Assembly (NCBI GenBank): GCA_010093995.1
Contig: ML992511.1
Location: forward strand, 1,082,172-1,146,171
Direction of reading: 5' to 3'
Source: Elsinoe ampelina
Taxonomy: Eukaryota
DNA length: 64,000 nucleotides
Both the position numbers and the translations under genes were made by a program. Within the stretch, counting starts at the first letter, position 1. Each line of letters starts with the position of its first letter. The notes beneath the pieces were generated by a model, which made no database searches, had not been told where the DNA came from, and saw only the letters and a list, made by a program, of their open reading frames with translations. Below are positions 49,613 to 62,147 of this stretch, piece after piece.

Positions 49613-51235
49613 CTACAACATGTCCTCGTCGAACTCGTCTTCCTCTTTGAAGACTGGCTGCCAGTGGCTGGGTCCAGGGTGCGAGGTGTTGATACCCTCG
49701 CTACCCTCGGAAGGAAGAATGTCGCCGGCGATGTTGGTGAAGCCGGGGACGCGAAGACCAGTGCCTTGAGCGCGGGTATATGGAGTGATGTTGTCGGCGC
49801 GGACGTTGCGGTCGATGACTTCTTCGATCTCGCTGCGCATGCGCCTTTCGTCATCCGTCATTTGGAACGGCCACTCGATGTTGTTGGCCTTGAGCAGTTC
49901 CTTCATTTGCTTCTCTTGCTCAGCCTTGAGCTGTAGGTACCACACGACATCTCGGGTCCATGAGACACTGCTGTTGAGAATGTCTCCTTTGTTGGGACCC
50001 TTGTCTTTGTCGTCCATGGGGAGACCCTGGGTGATGGCACCGGCGCGACGGCCAGCTGATGTGCTGAGGAGGTTGGACCCCGAAGGCGGCGACATATTCT
50101 GGGCAGTGATGGAAGGTGAGAGGGGTGAGTTGGTCTGGAGATGCTTGCGAACCTTTTCGTCTTCGAGTCTGTGCTGAGGTACAAGGTTGGCAAGATCCTG
50201 AATACGCTCGTTGATGTTGTCTCTCCTTCTACGCTCAACCATGTTGTGTGACTCGCGACGACGACGACGCTTGGCCTCGACCGAGTTGTATGTGACGCCG
50301 CCACCTCCCACACCAGGCTCTGCCTTGACGCGAGGATGATGTTCTTGGTCGTTACGAAGCACCTCGGAGATTTGCACGTGGTGCATGTGGTGACCGACAG
50401 AGGCTGGCGAAGGGTAAGGAGAGTTGTCATTCCATGATTGAGCATTCGGCGTACCATCCCAGTTGGCAGGAACACTGGAAGATATCATCTGCTGGCGCAT
50501 ACCGGCAGGGAACTCTGGCTCGCCGATATGAAGGTTGCTGAGACCTGGTGTGTGTGGTGAGGCAGGACTTCTGCTTTCCGAGATCTTGCGCTCCATGTTG
50601 TGCATGTGCTGTGTGCGCATAACGTTGTTGGCGAAGCCAGATGACTGACCCATGTTTGGTCGCTGCTGAGGCTGAGATGCTCTGAACTGGCCATAGTTGA
50701 AGCCGTCGTGGTTGACAAACGGCGACTGGATAGGCGCGCCTTCTGGTGTGCTCGAGTAGATGTTGTTCAAATTCTGACCCATTGGCATCGGCATGCTTCC
50801 ACCATTGGTGCCATTGAAGAAGCCTGGCTGGTTCATGCCATTGCGCATCTGGGCGTTGTCAAGACTGCCTGCGAGGTCTGCAAGCTCGTCGTCGGCAATC
50901 CCGGCGTTGCCCATGTTAAAGCTGTTCTGGCCAAATTGCTGACCATTGTTCTGTCCCAATTGTGATGGGTCGACGTTGAAGTTGTTTCCATTGTTGGTCA
51001 TGTCAAAGTTGGGCTGACTCGGCGAGAATTGGTTAAAGTTGAAAAAGTCATTTCCCTCCGACTTGATGAAGGGAGAACCCGCACCAGCCATCTCGCTCTT
51101 TACGTTGTTGTAGTGCTCTTCAAAGTGGTCTTCGAATGTGAACTCGAAAGGTGAATCGTGTTTTTCGCCGGCTGTTTCGGTCTGCGAATCGAAAGGAGGG
51201 AACTCGGTGAAGGACAGTCCGGCTGTGTTAGGCAT
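49613..51235 (-). CDS. bHLH transcription factor (Rtg3/MiT-like)
   Basis: RRRRESHNMVERRRRDNINERIQDL and split helix 2 PNKGDILNSSVSW, with an N/Q/M-rich N-terminus. Probable 5'-UTR intron 51342-51547. Confidence 0.88.
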   Translation of the reverse strand: MPNTAGLSFTEFPPFDSQTETAGEKHDSPFEFTFEDHFEEHYNNVKSEMAGAGSPFIKSEGNDFFNFNQFSPSQPNFDMTNNGNNFNVDPSQLGQNNGQQFGQNSFNMGNAGIADDELADLAGSLDNAQMRNGMNQPGFFNGTNGGSMPMPMGQNLNNIYSSTPEGAPIQSPFVNHDGFNYGQFRASQPQQRPNMGQSSGFANNVMRTQHMHNMERKISESRSPASPHTPGLSNLHIGEPEFPAGMRQQMISSSVPANWDGTPNAQSWNDNSPYPSPASVGHHMHHVQISEVLRNDQEHHPRVKAEPGVGGGGVTYNSVEAKRRRRRESHNMVERRRRDNINERIQDLANLVPQHRLEDEKVRKHLQTNSPLSPSITAQNMSPPSGSNLLSTSAGRRAGAITQGLPMDDKDKGPNKGDILNSSVSWTRDVVWYLQLKAEQEKQMKELLKANNIEWPFQMTDDERRMRSEIEEVIDRNVRADNITPYTRAQGTGLRVPGFTNIAGDILPSEGSEGINTSHPGPSHWQPVFKEEDEFDEDML

Positions 51236-53717
51236 CACTCAGACTGATATCCTGGGTACATCTAAAAAGGGTCTTGGTAAGATTCTGTATGGGGTATATC
51301 ACTGGCGAGTGTGTTGTCGGCTTACTGTGCCGTCCAAATGCCTGTTTAGCCATTGTCAGTCGTGTTTGGATGAGGGAGAGCAATGCGCGGAACGGAGGGG
51401 TAAGAGGGGCAGGGCGGGAATAGGTCCGTCGCAAACCGAGTGACAGGATCATGACAGATGGCAAGTCGTCGATGGCGACAGTCCTGCCCAAAGGTCGTAC
51501 ATGACGGGGGTTTGGAGCGCACAGAACCGAGGAGGGAGAAGACTTACCAGTCGGGTAATATTGTGTATGCCTTGTTTAACCACCGATGACGTTCTGGCCT
51601 TGGAACCTGATCCTCAATGCGAAACGCGCGCTCGACTCTTTTTCCGTATGCTCTGTGTCGTAGGGTGTCGCGGTCAAAGCAAGGAGTATTGAAGGAGGTG
51701 TAGAGTCAAGGAGGGATGAGCGATGCGCTTAGGGGCGGCAGCGAGGACAAGTGTGATGGAGGCTTGGGCGGGAAGCGGACGTTTGTGTGACAAAAGGGTC
51801 ACAGACGACGATGGAGTGTAAGATTTGACTGTCGTGCGTGGTCGACACTGGACAGGTCGAGGTGGTGGGCGAGCGTTGATGCAACGGGCGCGGGGGGGAA
51901 ACTGGCGTGTGGAGAGGCGGTGGGATGCGTCGAGGTCCGAGCAGGGTGAAATCTTCCGAGTTGCGTCTAGGCAAAATCCGAGCAAAAGCCTCTCTTGGGT
52001 CGAAGGGTCGAAGGGTCGAAGGAATTGGCTGGCGGTTTCCTGATTTGGTAGGGCTAGTTCGGATTGCTTGGCCGAGAAAGCCGGAGGGGTTTCGTAGACT
52101 TGATCGTGAGACGTTCGTGAACGTAAAGGTCGTCAGAATCGTGATGATGATTGACAAATGTCGTAAAGGAGCTTGGATGATCTTGCTTCTTCGAGACGAG
52201 CAGAGGGCGAATTATGTAGCGCTGCGTCAGAGGCGGAACAATTGGTTGGCGGGTTGGGAGAAAAAGGCTGGCGTTTCTGGATGGTATACCACGGGACCAA
52301 GCGAAAGGAGATCCGGTATACGACCAGATCTGTCCCAAGGTTGACCCGGATATGTACCGATGGTCGACTGGTGGTCTTCTGGTAAGTTGACTGACACGAG
52401 CGGTCTGAAAGGTAACAGATCGGTCGATTTCTTTTGTTGCTATCTTGCGGTCAGTTCAACTTCATTTGGTGAGTTTTATGTACGAGCAAACATACCTGGT
52501 GGCGGATGCCTCAGGTTGAGATGACTCGACAAGGCAACAGTGTTGGGATGTTGGATGACTTGAAGATGATCAACAGAGGGACCCAAGTCTGGCCAGAATA
52601 AACATGCGGGCACTTTTTTCGGAGAAGAAGCATTTCATCCTGGGAGGACATCTATATATGCATACGGGAGGGGACCACAGATATGGGTTCGCAAGCTCCT
52701 TCGTACCCCCAGTGTGGCTCAATTTCTGGAAACGACATGCATGGCCGATTGAGGTGTGCGGGTCGATAGGCGTAGTGGAGGGGGCCAGATTCTACATGGT
52801 GTCATGTCCCTGTCCGTTTCACACAATCGGACGGGCAGCTGCTAGATGACAGGGTGACTCAGTGGGCCAAACCTGATAGAGTGCCTCCTTTGACAAAGCA
52901 CTCGTGTACCACCTGCGCGATGGGACGGGTTGAATGTGAACGTGCATGCAGGCTCGATATTCCTCCACCGTCATATCACGTCGTGCAGATCACGGGTGAT
53001 TATCAAGCTTGGTCATTAAAGTTTCCATCCACTGTACCCGCCGCCAAGTACATGCAACATGTACGCGCAAAGTAGCTTTTGATATGGGAGGCAAAGCAGG
53101 TCTTTGTCGATCTTCGCGTCCGAGTACCGAACCGTCAAGCCCCCCCGTTCAAGAAAATCCCAAGCTAGCCGCATTTCTCATTCTGACCGCGACACCTGAG
53201 ACACTTGACTGATGCCGCATGAGCTGATACAACTTCTCCACCCATCATCTGCCGACCAATTAGGTTCCGTCCAAACATAGTATCCTTCCTTGTTCAATTC
53301 TTCGTCACTTTGAGCTTCGGCCGGTCCCTTTGCCGCACGCCGCACCTTGTCTCACAGACGACCATATCACAAGCCGAGCCACTTCCAACCTAGTCGACTC
53401 AGGGCTTGACCAGATCGAAGATCGTCTTGCATATCACTCCGGAGCTACCCTGAGCTTCCTCGTCGACTCGCGCAATCTCCGGCCCGCTTCGAGATCAACC
53501 TGAGATCCAACGACCCACACGACGAACGTCCGCAGAAGCCGACGAAGGGGTCATCTGGCGGCCCACAGGCAGCACTAATTCAATCCCTTTCGCGTGGTGT
53601 CTGGGAGCACGTACCCGTCCCGGGCCGTGGACTGCAGGCGGCAGCTTGATACAAGGTGTTGGACAAGGGTGACAAGAGCGAGGCTATACACACACACATC
53701 ACATCACATCCACAGCC

Positions 53718-55331
53718 ATGGCCTCCGCGTCATTCAGAGACTCCATGAACTCCTTGGGGTGGAGCAGGAGGGACCCAGCGGTGACGACAACGACCAATAG
53801 CAATGCCAGTACACCCATCTTGGGAAGGCTGCAATCACTCAATCCGTTCGGCGGAGGGGGTGTACGCCTGCCTGTACACGAGAATGAAGGACCGGGGGCG
53901 CCACTCCCAGCCAGAACACGACGAGAGGAGGAAGAAGGTTTCTTCGCGCGTGAGTGTCTACATTTCCCCAAACAACGACTGTCATGTAGTGAAGTCATGA
54001 CTCGATGGCCTGCATGAGCAGATCGTACGCTAAGCAGACCCTGTGGGTGATAGCTCTACGGAGCGATCAACAGGGTTTTGACGGGTGTGCTGGGTCTGGT
54101 AGTTCCTGCAGTTCAAACGCATGGCCACTGTCCATTCTCAGGTTGACACGTCGAGCTCTGTGTTGGCAGTTTTGTGCTGGACATTTGAACTGACGGATAT
54201 ATATACAGTGAGCAGATGGGACCGACTTTTGATCTTTGGAGCTCTCAACCTCGCGGCCCTCGCCCTTTTTGTCATTTGTTTCACACTCTTTCCGGTTCTC
54301 ACATTGAGGCCGCGTAAATTTGCTCTACTGTAAGCACGCGGTTTCCTTTCTACCCTACATGACCGGATTCGACACTAGCGCGTACTGGACCGATAAGGAT
54401 GGAGGTCTGTCGTCCAACAGTCTCGCACGTTGACGGCCGTCGATTCGCTCGACGGGTTGCATGGAAGCCGGATTCCATATCACGTCGCCACAGTCTACCT
54501 TGGATCTGCGTCGTACAAAGTCCCAGCCCGCCCATTCCATCTGGTCATGCGGTACGGACGGGTGCTCCCTTCCTTGCACTAGCGTCGAGTCAAATCCGCA
54601 CTAGCGCGACCATCTGGCACACCACCTTTGCACCTCGAGACCGTTTCATTCCCTCACCGCTTTGCATATTCTCCTTTGTAACCTTTTTATCACGGTGCAT
54701 GAGAAGAAGAAGAAGCTAACGTCTTGTTTTCTCTTGATCAGATGGACAGTCGCGTCGGCGCTATTTCTCGGCAGCTGGGCCGTCATGATGGGTCCAATGA
54801 CTTATGGTGAGTCGGACCCAAAAGGCTTGGCTACACTCCTGCACTCGTCATCCTTCGCGCGTGCAGGCCGGGGGTGGCCTCGTATCCTGCAGCGACTAAC
54901 AAGGCTATACAGGGCGACATTTGCTATCATCGGAGAGATTGCCGTTTACTGCCACTTATTTTGGCTCAATAGCGTTGACGCTATACTTTGCACTCGGGGT
55001 AAGTCACACAATCAACTCGTCATCACATCATCTATACAAGGGTCATGTATACAGTCTATATCACAGACGGAACATGATGGGAGGGATATTCTTTTGCCAC
55101 TCAGCATGCACCCCCACGATTCCCAAGTCACCGCTACTTGTAGAGGAGAGCCTCAGCTGACGCATTTGCTCGTTCTAGGCCCGAAGTACGCTGCTAACCT
55201 TGATTTCCGCCATCATCCAGCTGGTGTGTCTGCTCTGGTATCTGGTGAGTTACTTCCCCATGGGATCGACGGGGCTGCGATTCGCCGCCCGTTTCGGGGG
55301 GCAGAGGATGGCGGCCTGGATGAACGATTGA
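53718..55331 (+). CDS. SFT2: Vesicle transport protein, Got1/Sft2 family
   Basis: LSRWDRLLIF, RPRKFALLWT, HLLSSERLPFT..YFGS, WYLVSYFPMG. Four GT-AG introns at about 53950-54208, 54330-54741, 54807-54912, 54999-55178. Confidence 0.92.
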
Positions 55332-57684
55332 GGGAGAGTCGTCAGCCATCACCCTGTGCGATATGTACACTACACCAACAGAATAGCAACCCATACCAGC
55401 GTGCCATTCCAGCCCAGTCCATCTTCTCCCCATCTCCCTATTATCCAGCGCCTGTATCAGTGCAATGCCCTCCAGCGTCGTCAAGCCCAGACCCACCCAC
55501 CTTCCCAAAACCGTCCGCCTTTCCCTCGCCCCGTGCGACCAGATCCAGCCAACAAACCCAGTCCCTCGCTCTCCCTCGCACAGACAAAACCCAATCTCAC
55601 TCGGCCCAAACCGAACAAGATGGTGGCTCACGGAGACACGCCACCAGCCACTCTCGCTACCACCGGAAGCCCCGGGGTGCCGGCAGACGTGACCCCTCCC
55701 TTCTGCCTTGCTTGCGTCCCGCTCAGCCGCCGTTGGGATGTGGCTGCCTGCGTGCTCAGCCACGGAAAGTGGCACCTGATGCCCTTTTTTTTCCCCGGGG
55801 AGAGAGAAGGGCACGCGCGGGCAGGGTGTCTCATCTGGTCTAGCGTACGGTGGACGTATGGTACGGGAGGTGCAGATGACGGGAGACAAGGACGGGTGGG
55901 CGCGGGAATAGGGACGGTACGGTGCGTGGTTGGAAGCAGGGTTTCAAGGTCGGGCAACGAGAGGGGAGGAGGCGAGAGGGACGATGCGGCCCGTCGACGA
56001 AGGGATTTTGGTCTGGTGATGGGGTGCCAAGAGGGATGATACGGTCTGAGTAGGATATTCAGGGTGGGAGAAGGGAGATGGAGGTCTGGATGCTCGATGG
56101 GCTGGGAGAGTGCATTGCATTGCATCTGCATTGCGTCGCATTGCATGGGTCTGGAAAGTGCATGTATCAGAAATTCTTAATGGGCGGGAAGATGCAGATT
56201 GGGAGCTTGGACGCAGATACAGATACAAATGCACTCTGCATGCAGAGCTGCAGCTGGTCTGATTCTGAGGGCGAATCGGCGGTGGAGGATTGAGGATTGA
56301 GCTGTTGTCGATCGTTTTGGCGCTCGAAAAGTGTGGGGGAGTCTGGAGATAGGGAGGTGTACGATATGCAAATGTCTACTGTACAGTATGTCGTGCAGCT
56401 CTAGCGTTGGCGAGTCGTGGCCAACGATTGAGAGAGGCGCATGCACGAGCTTGAATCATGGGCGATGGAGGAGGTGAGATTGTGTACTTGCGTGTATAGT
56501 GAGACGGCGGTATTGCCATTGATTGAGACGAGTCGTGGGTACGGATGGTTGACCGAGAGAAGATCATCTGCACGAAAGCGTCATGAGACCTACTTTAGTA
56601 TGCCCCTATCGCGGTGAAGGCTGACCCCGAAAAGCTGCTTGACGGGAGGTTTTGGAATACGACAATTGAGGCGGTGGGAAATGCAAGACCTGTATGCCCA
56701 CGCGGTCGTCAAAGGGCGGTCTTTGACAAATCCACGGCGTTTGTAGGGATCCTCGTGGTATGTTCTTGTGCTATACCTGACCCAAGGGTTTCAGTTGCTT
56801 GTCCCATCTGACAGTGCCGCATGAAGAAGTTAGAGACTCGCAGGCGTGGTCGAGCGAAACCGACAGCCATGGACGACCTTTTTATCATCCAAGGTCGTCT
56901 GTCTCACTTGCCAACCTCGTGCCGGACATCATCTGAACAGTGACGCTGAAGGTGTATATAACAGAGATAGCCCATCGAGATCTGTTTGCTCGATGGCCAT
57001 GCAAAGGACCGATGGTGGGGGGTTCTTGGGGGAAACTCCGAGGCTGAACTTCTGAAGCAGATTTTGGGAGAGGAAGTGGGGGTGGAAATTTTGGGTCGTG
57101 TGGCTGGGACGACCTCTCTTCCTCAACTTTCCTCTCTTCTCCAACTCCCGCCAGCCATTTCGACCAATCTCGCTCTCCAACAACGGACTCCCCCCATCTC
57201 GACCCGGGTCTGCCCCTCCATCCTCCAGTCACGCGTCTCTGCCCTATCGAGGGTCGGCCTCATGCTCTCTGCGGCCGCGACAGCTCTTGCTTGAACAGCT
57301 TTACCAAAGCTTCCATAAGCTCTGACAAAAGGGCTTGCCCGTCTTTATCCGTGCTGGCCTGAACATCTTGGACAGCCGGCAGTTGCTCTTCTCTCACAGT
57401 AATTTCATCACTTCTCTCCACATTCACATGTCTCTGCCCCACATTCACCTCTGCCCGTTGACGTCTTTGCTGTCATTCGACTCGACAACGGAATAGCTCT
57501 CGGACATGGCGCAGGGCTCCTGGAGCTGTTCTCCAATGTCTCATTACTGGTTCATTAAAAGTCCTTAATCTGGGGGAGGGGAAGTTGTTGGTTCTGTCGA
57601 GTTTTTGTTGTTCCTGTACCTGCAGACAGCTATACCACCGAAATTCAATCCATTCCAACATCTCCAAACCAGTGCACAGCAATC

Positions 57685-59630
57685 ATGGCCGACAGGGTGC
57701 AGAAGCTCAGCAAGCCAGACGAGTACCAAAAGATCTTCCAGTAAGAGCAGCAACAAAATACCTTAGCAACCACAACTCTGACAATCTGCCAGTTGGGCGG
57801 AAACACAGCAGGACGCAAAAGTCCCCAGCTTCGCGACCCGGAAAAATGATCCATACGAGGTGAGCACGAGTCTTGACGGAATTGCATGTGCTTGCGCTAA
57901 GATCGTCGCAGTACCAAGCAGGCTTCAACAACTTGTGAGCACTTCAACAGACATTGCTCTGCCGACCAATCTAACACACTGCCAGCTTCGAATCGGAAGC
58001 CGTTCCAGGCACCATCCCTCGAGGACAGAACAGCCCAAGATGTGTCCGCTTTGGCTTGTACGCAGAGCAGATGACCGCTTCTGCCTTTGTTGCCCCTAGA
58101 CATCTGAACAAGAAGGCCTGGCTGTACAGGTCGAGGCCTGCTGTTGCCCATCAAGGATTTGTGAGTACCTCGGATTCTTTCAATCTCCATTCTTGTGCCA
58201 GCTGGCGATGGCGGCGCGCTGCTCTGTGGTCGGCGCTAGTCTGTCTCTCAGCAGTCTCCTGTTTCGGAAACCTGAAGAGCAAGCCCAGCAGTCTTTGAGC
58301 GCCTCGCGCGGTGATCTTGCCCAGCTAGCGACTGTAATGTACGAGAAATTTGCTAACACCAATGTTAGACCAACCTCCCAGACAACGAGAACACCGAAGC
58401 CAACTTCCTACCCATGAATCCCCGCGTCCACGTCTCCCCAACCCAGCTCGCATGGCTCCCCTTCGATATCAAGTCCGAGTCTCACGATTTCGTTGAAGGT
58501 CTTGCCACCATCGCCGGCAGCGGTGAACCCACCCTCCGCGAAGGTATCGCAACCCACGTCTTCACCGCCAACCGCTCCATGGAAAAGAAAGCCTTTGTCA
58601 ACTCGGACGGCGACTTCCTCATTGTAGCACAAGAAGGAGCCTTGGACATCCAGACAGAATTTGGCAAGCTCTACGTCCAACCAGGCGAGATCTGCGTCAT
58701 CCAGCGCGGTCAGCGCTTCAAGGTCAACGTCGAAGGACCAACAAGAGGCTACATTCTCGAGATCTGGGGAGCCAACTTCGAACTCCCCGAGCTCGGTCCC
58801 CTCGGCGCCAACGGCCTCGCCAATGCCCGGGACTTCCTCAGCCCCGTCGCCCACTACGAAGTCACAAAGGACGACCCGTGGCAAATCGTCTACAAGCTCG
58901 GCGGCAAATTCTTCGCCAGCAAGCAAAACCACTGCCCCTTTGACGTGATCGCCTGGCACGGCAACTATGTACATCCACTCCTATTCCCTCACGCTTGCCC
59001 CCCCTGGCTAACATCTAACAGGTCCCCTACAAATACGACCTCACCAAATTCGTCAACGTCGGCTCCATCTCCGTCGACCACATTGACCCGTCCATCTTCT
59101 GCGTCCTCACCGCCCGCAGCCGCGACCCCGCCGCCCCCCTCGCCGACTTCCTCATCTTCTCCCCGCGCTGGGACGTCGCGTCCCACACCTACCGTCCCCC
59201 CTACTACCACCGCAACGTCGCCTCCGAGCTCATGGGTCTCATCTACGGCGAGTACGCCGGCCGCTCGGACGAGTTCCAGCCCGGCGGCGTGAGTTTCGAA
59301 TGCGGCATGGTGCCCCACGGTGTGGCTTACGAGCAATTCAAGGGGGCGAGCGCCGAGGCGCCGCCTGAGATGCGCATCAGTGAGGGCGCGGTGGCGTTCA
59401 TGTTTGAGTCGAGCAGGCCGTTTACGGTGACGGAGTGGGCGTTCAAGAGTGACAAGTTGCATGAGCATGATCCGAAGATGTGGGATGATTTGGTGGATAA
59501 TTTTTCCGAGCATAAGGAGGAGGTGGATGCGTTGGTCAAGAAGGCGAAGGAGTTGGGCATTGGGAAGAGTGGGAGTACGGGGATTAATCTGAACGGGGCG
59601 GGGTTGAATGGGACGAATGGGGTGCATTAG
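57685..59630 (+). CDS. hmgA: Homogentisate 1,2-dioxygenase
   Basis: GQNSP, GLYAEQ, WLYR, NSDGDFLIV, LPELGPLGANGLAN, WHGNY, DHIDPSIF, Fe-ligand motifs PPYYHRN..E and PHG. Five GT-AG introns. Confidence 0.93.
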
Positions 59631-59955
59631 GTAGGGTTGAGATGCTGGGAGGATTGAGGGTTGTCTGTGGTAGGACTTGATTTTGGTAGCACTGTCTATT
59701 GCCAGTTTACACACGTTCGAGTCACTTCTGGTTGTGCGTCTTGGAATGATCTGCCCACTTGCTCTGCACAGACTTTGCTGCTGCTGTCGTCCTCGTTGGC
59801 GCAAGGTCATTGAGACTACCAGATCAGCTCCACTACCAGACGAGCTGTATTACCACTCAACCAATTGGAATGGTCGTCTGGCACTATCACAGGCAGTGGC
59901 AGCGATTGGTCAATTGCCATCCTCTGCGTGCCGTTTCAAGCCTGCTCTTCAGACC

Positions 59956-62147
59956 TCACTCCTCGGTCACCACCGCATCCAACCCTGTCTTTCTTCTACT
60001 CCTGTCAGGTAGACGACTCGTGACATGTTCCTGCTGTGCCTCCTCGCCGCCGATCGTCTTGAAGCCCTGGAAGTACTGCGATTTTCGTCAGTATCATCTA
60101 CATACAGCCGGCAAAGTCAACTTGCCCTTCTTCTGAACTCATTCAGCTCATCCGCCGTCCCTTTTTCCGATTCCTTTCCCCTCATGGAATTGTACTGCTT
60201 CAGCTCCGCTTCATCGACTTCGTTGTCTGATTTACGGACGTAGACGACTAGCCTCCTTGACCCTGGGAATGTCAGCCTGACTTGGGTCTGATGCATACTT
60301 CTGCTTGCTTCCCGTCCACATTCATGCTCTACTCTCAGAAGATGGCAAATGACTGGCCTGGTGGGGAAGGTATCTCACATCTGCTGAATTCTTGCGTCGA
60401 TAAGCTCCACACTTTCAGACATGGATGGGTTGGTATGCCCAGGTCTTCGGTAGTGGTAGGATTGGCTTCGTCCGAGGTGGTGGCGACGGGTATCCAGATA
60501 CACAACCGACCATTGTCGACGAGTGTGTTGGATGCGAAGGTGAGGATGTCGCTGAGGAGAGCAGGGAAAGAGTATGGTCGTTTAGGTGGGATGTAGCCTG
60601 GTGCTCTGGAAGGTCAGTATCTCATTCAGTGTATGTAGCCCAGAATTCATGCGCGGCGTCCATAACAAGACCAGGTAGCCCTGAAGGTATGGTGGACTTA
60701 CAAATGCGCCACCCTCCCATCCTTCATCTTGACCTCCTGCTGCAACTCCGGCTTATGACTCCCCAACACCTTCAACCCCTCTCTCACACCATAAGGCGGG
60801 TCACAAATAATCCCATCAAGCCACCTCCACTTCCCTCCCGAAGCGCCTTCCCCCTGCCCGATCCCTCCCGCATTCCTAACAGGACTATTGGTCAAATCCC
60901 CGACAAACCCATCCAACCACCTCTCTTCAAGCCCATACTGCCTCAAATTCCCCCTCACACTCCTCTCCTTCTCCTTCTCCTCTTTCACCTTTCCCTGACC
61001 TTCCTCCTTCTCCTTCCTCCTCTCGAGCTCTCTCCTCTCCCTCTCCTCCCCCGCCCTCCTCTTCCCCTCCTTGACCACCACGTTCTTCGCCTCCTTCACC
61101 CTCCCCCTCACCACCCGTCCATCCATATCCGACCCCGCGACCATGGCCCCAAACGCAGCCGCCGCCACCAGGAACGACCCCGTGCCGCAGAAGGGATCGT
61201 AGATGGTTTTCCCCGGGGCGGAGAGGGCGAGGTTCGCGCTGATCAGGGAGAGTTCGGCGTCCATGGAGGTGGTGGAGATGTAGTGCCTGTGTTTGAGGTC
61301 GAGGGTGGTGGTGAGGTGGCGCGAGGAGGGGGAGGGAGAGAGGGAGAGGAAGACGCGGGATGGAGTTGGGGGAGAGGGGAGGGGGGAGGGGGAGGGGGAG
61401 GGAACAGGGGATTTCGGGGCGTGGAGGATGGGGTACTCTTCGCTTATCACAAAGGTGGTGACGGAGGGGTCGGAGGGGCGGATGGGGCCTTGCATGTCCA
61501 TGTACCCGAAGGAGTTTATTAGCTCGGTGCGGGTGGACTGAGGGCGTTTGCCTTGGAAGGAGTCGATGGTGAAGCGAAATGGGCAGGTGTGGTAGGTGGG
61601 CCAGAGGTGTGATGTGCGAGTTTTGAGGTGGGTGTGGAGGTCGTCATAGGTGCTGGCTGTGCCCCAGAGGGAGGAGATGGAGAGGGCGAGGATGGAGCGG
61701 GAGATGAGAAGGCGAGCGGCTTCAGGGGAGGGAAGGCGGACAATGGTGAATGGAGACTGGAGGATAGTCAGTCGTGCTACGATTGGCGCTGTAATTGTGG
61801 GGTTTCATTGTTCTTCTTGGTAAAATGGCAAACGCTTTAGTATATATAACATGGAAAGAGGATGCTTGACTAACGACATCATCAAGGGAACAGTGAGACT
61901 CGCCCTACCTGATCTGATACACACTCAGGGGTCACGCAGAAGTGGACATCCACGATCTGGCAGAGGAGACCTCACTGCATCACTTGATGGCATCAGGACA
62001 AAATCTACTCACACGTGTTCGATAGTCCACCACTTCGAGATCAATGCCATGGAACTCGGCCAATGCCTTTAGCTCAGGTAATCTGAAGCTCTCGTGTAGC
62101 TGCACGAATCTGACAAGGTAGAGACCCTCGTCGAGTTCGGGAGACAT
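59956..62147 (-). CDS. TRM11: tRNA (guanine-10-N2)-methyltransferase
   Basis: HESFRLPEL, R.YISTTSMDAELSL, YDPFCGTGSF, IICDPPYGVREG, YIPPKRPY, FRRRYF. Introns 61757-62012, 60606-60701, 60263-60378, 60076-60125 (GC-AG). Confidence 0.93.

Noticed and set aside
54662..56146. 393-aa, 231-aa and 227-aa ORFs
   Set aside because: They run through SFT2 introns and the skewed low-complexity tract, with no protein-like features.
56111..56146. TGCAT repeats (also GGGTCGAA x3 at about 51997-52022)
   Set aside because: Ordinary short tandem repeats. No spacer structure, so not CRISPR-like.
36124..59630. Metabolic gene cluster (ARG1, BDH, AKR, hmgA)
   Set aside because: Unrelated pathways interspersed with housekeeping genes. 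No backbone synthase and no other tyrosine-catabolism genes beside hmgA.
61900..61960. TPP riboswitch in the TRM11 intron (contains CUGAG)
   Set aside because: The other conserved TPP aptamer segments are missing and the gene is unrelated to thiamine.
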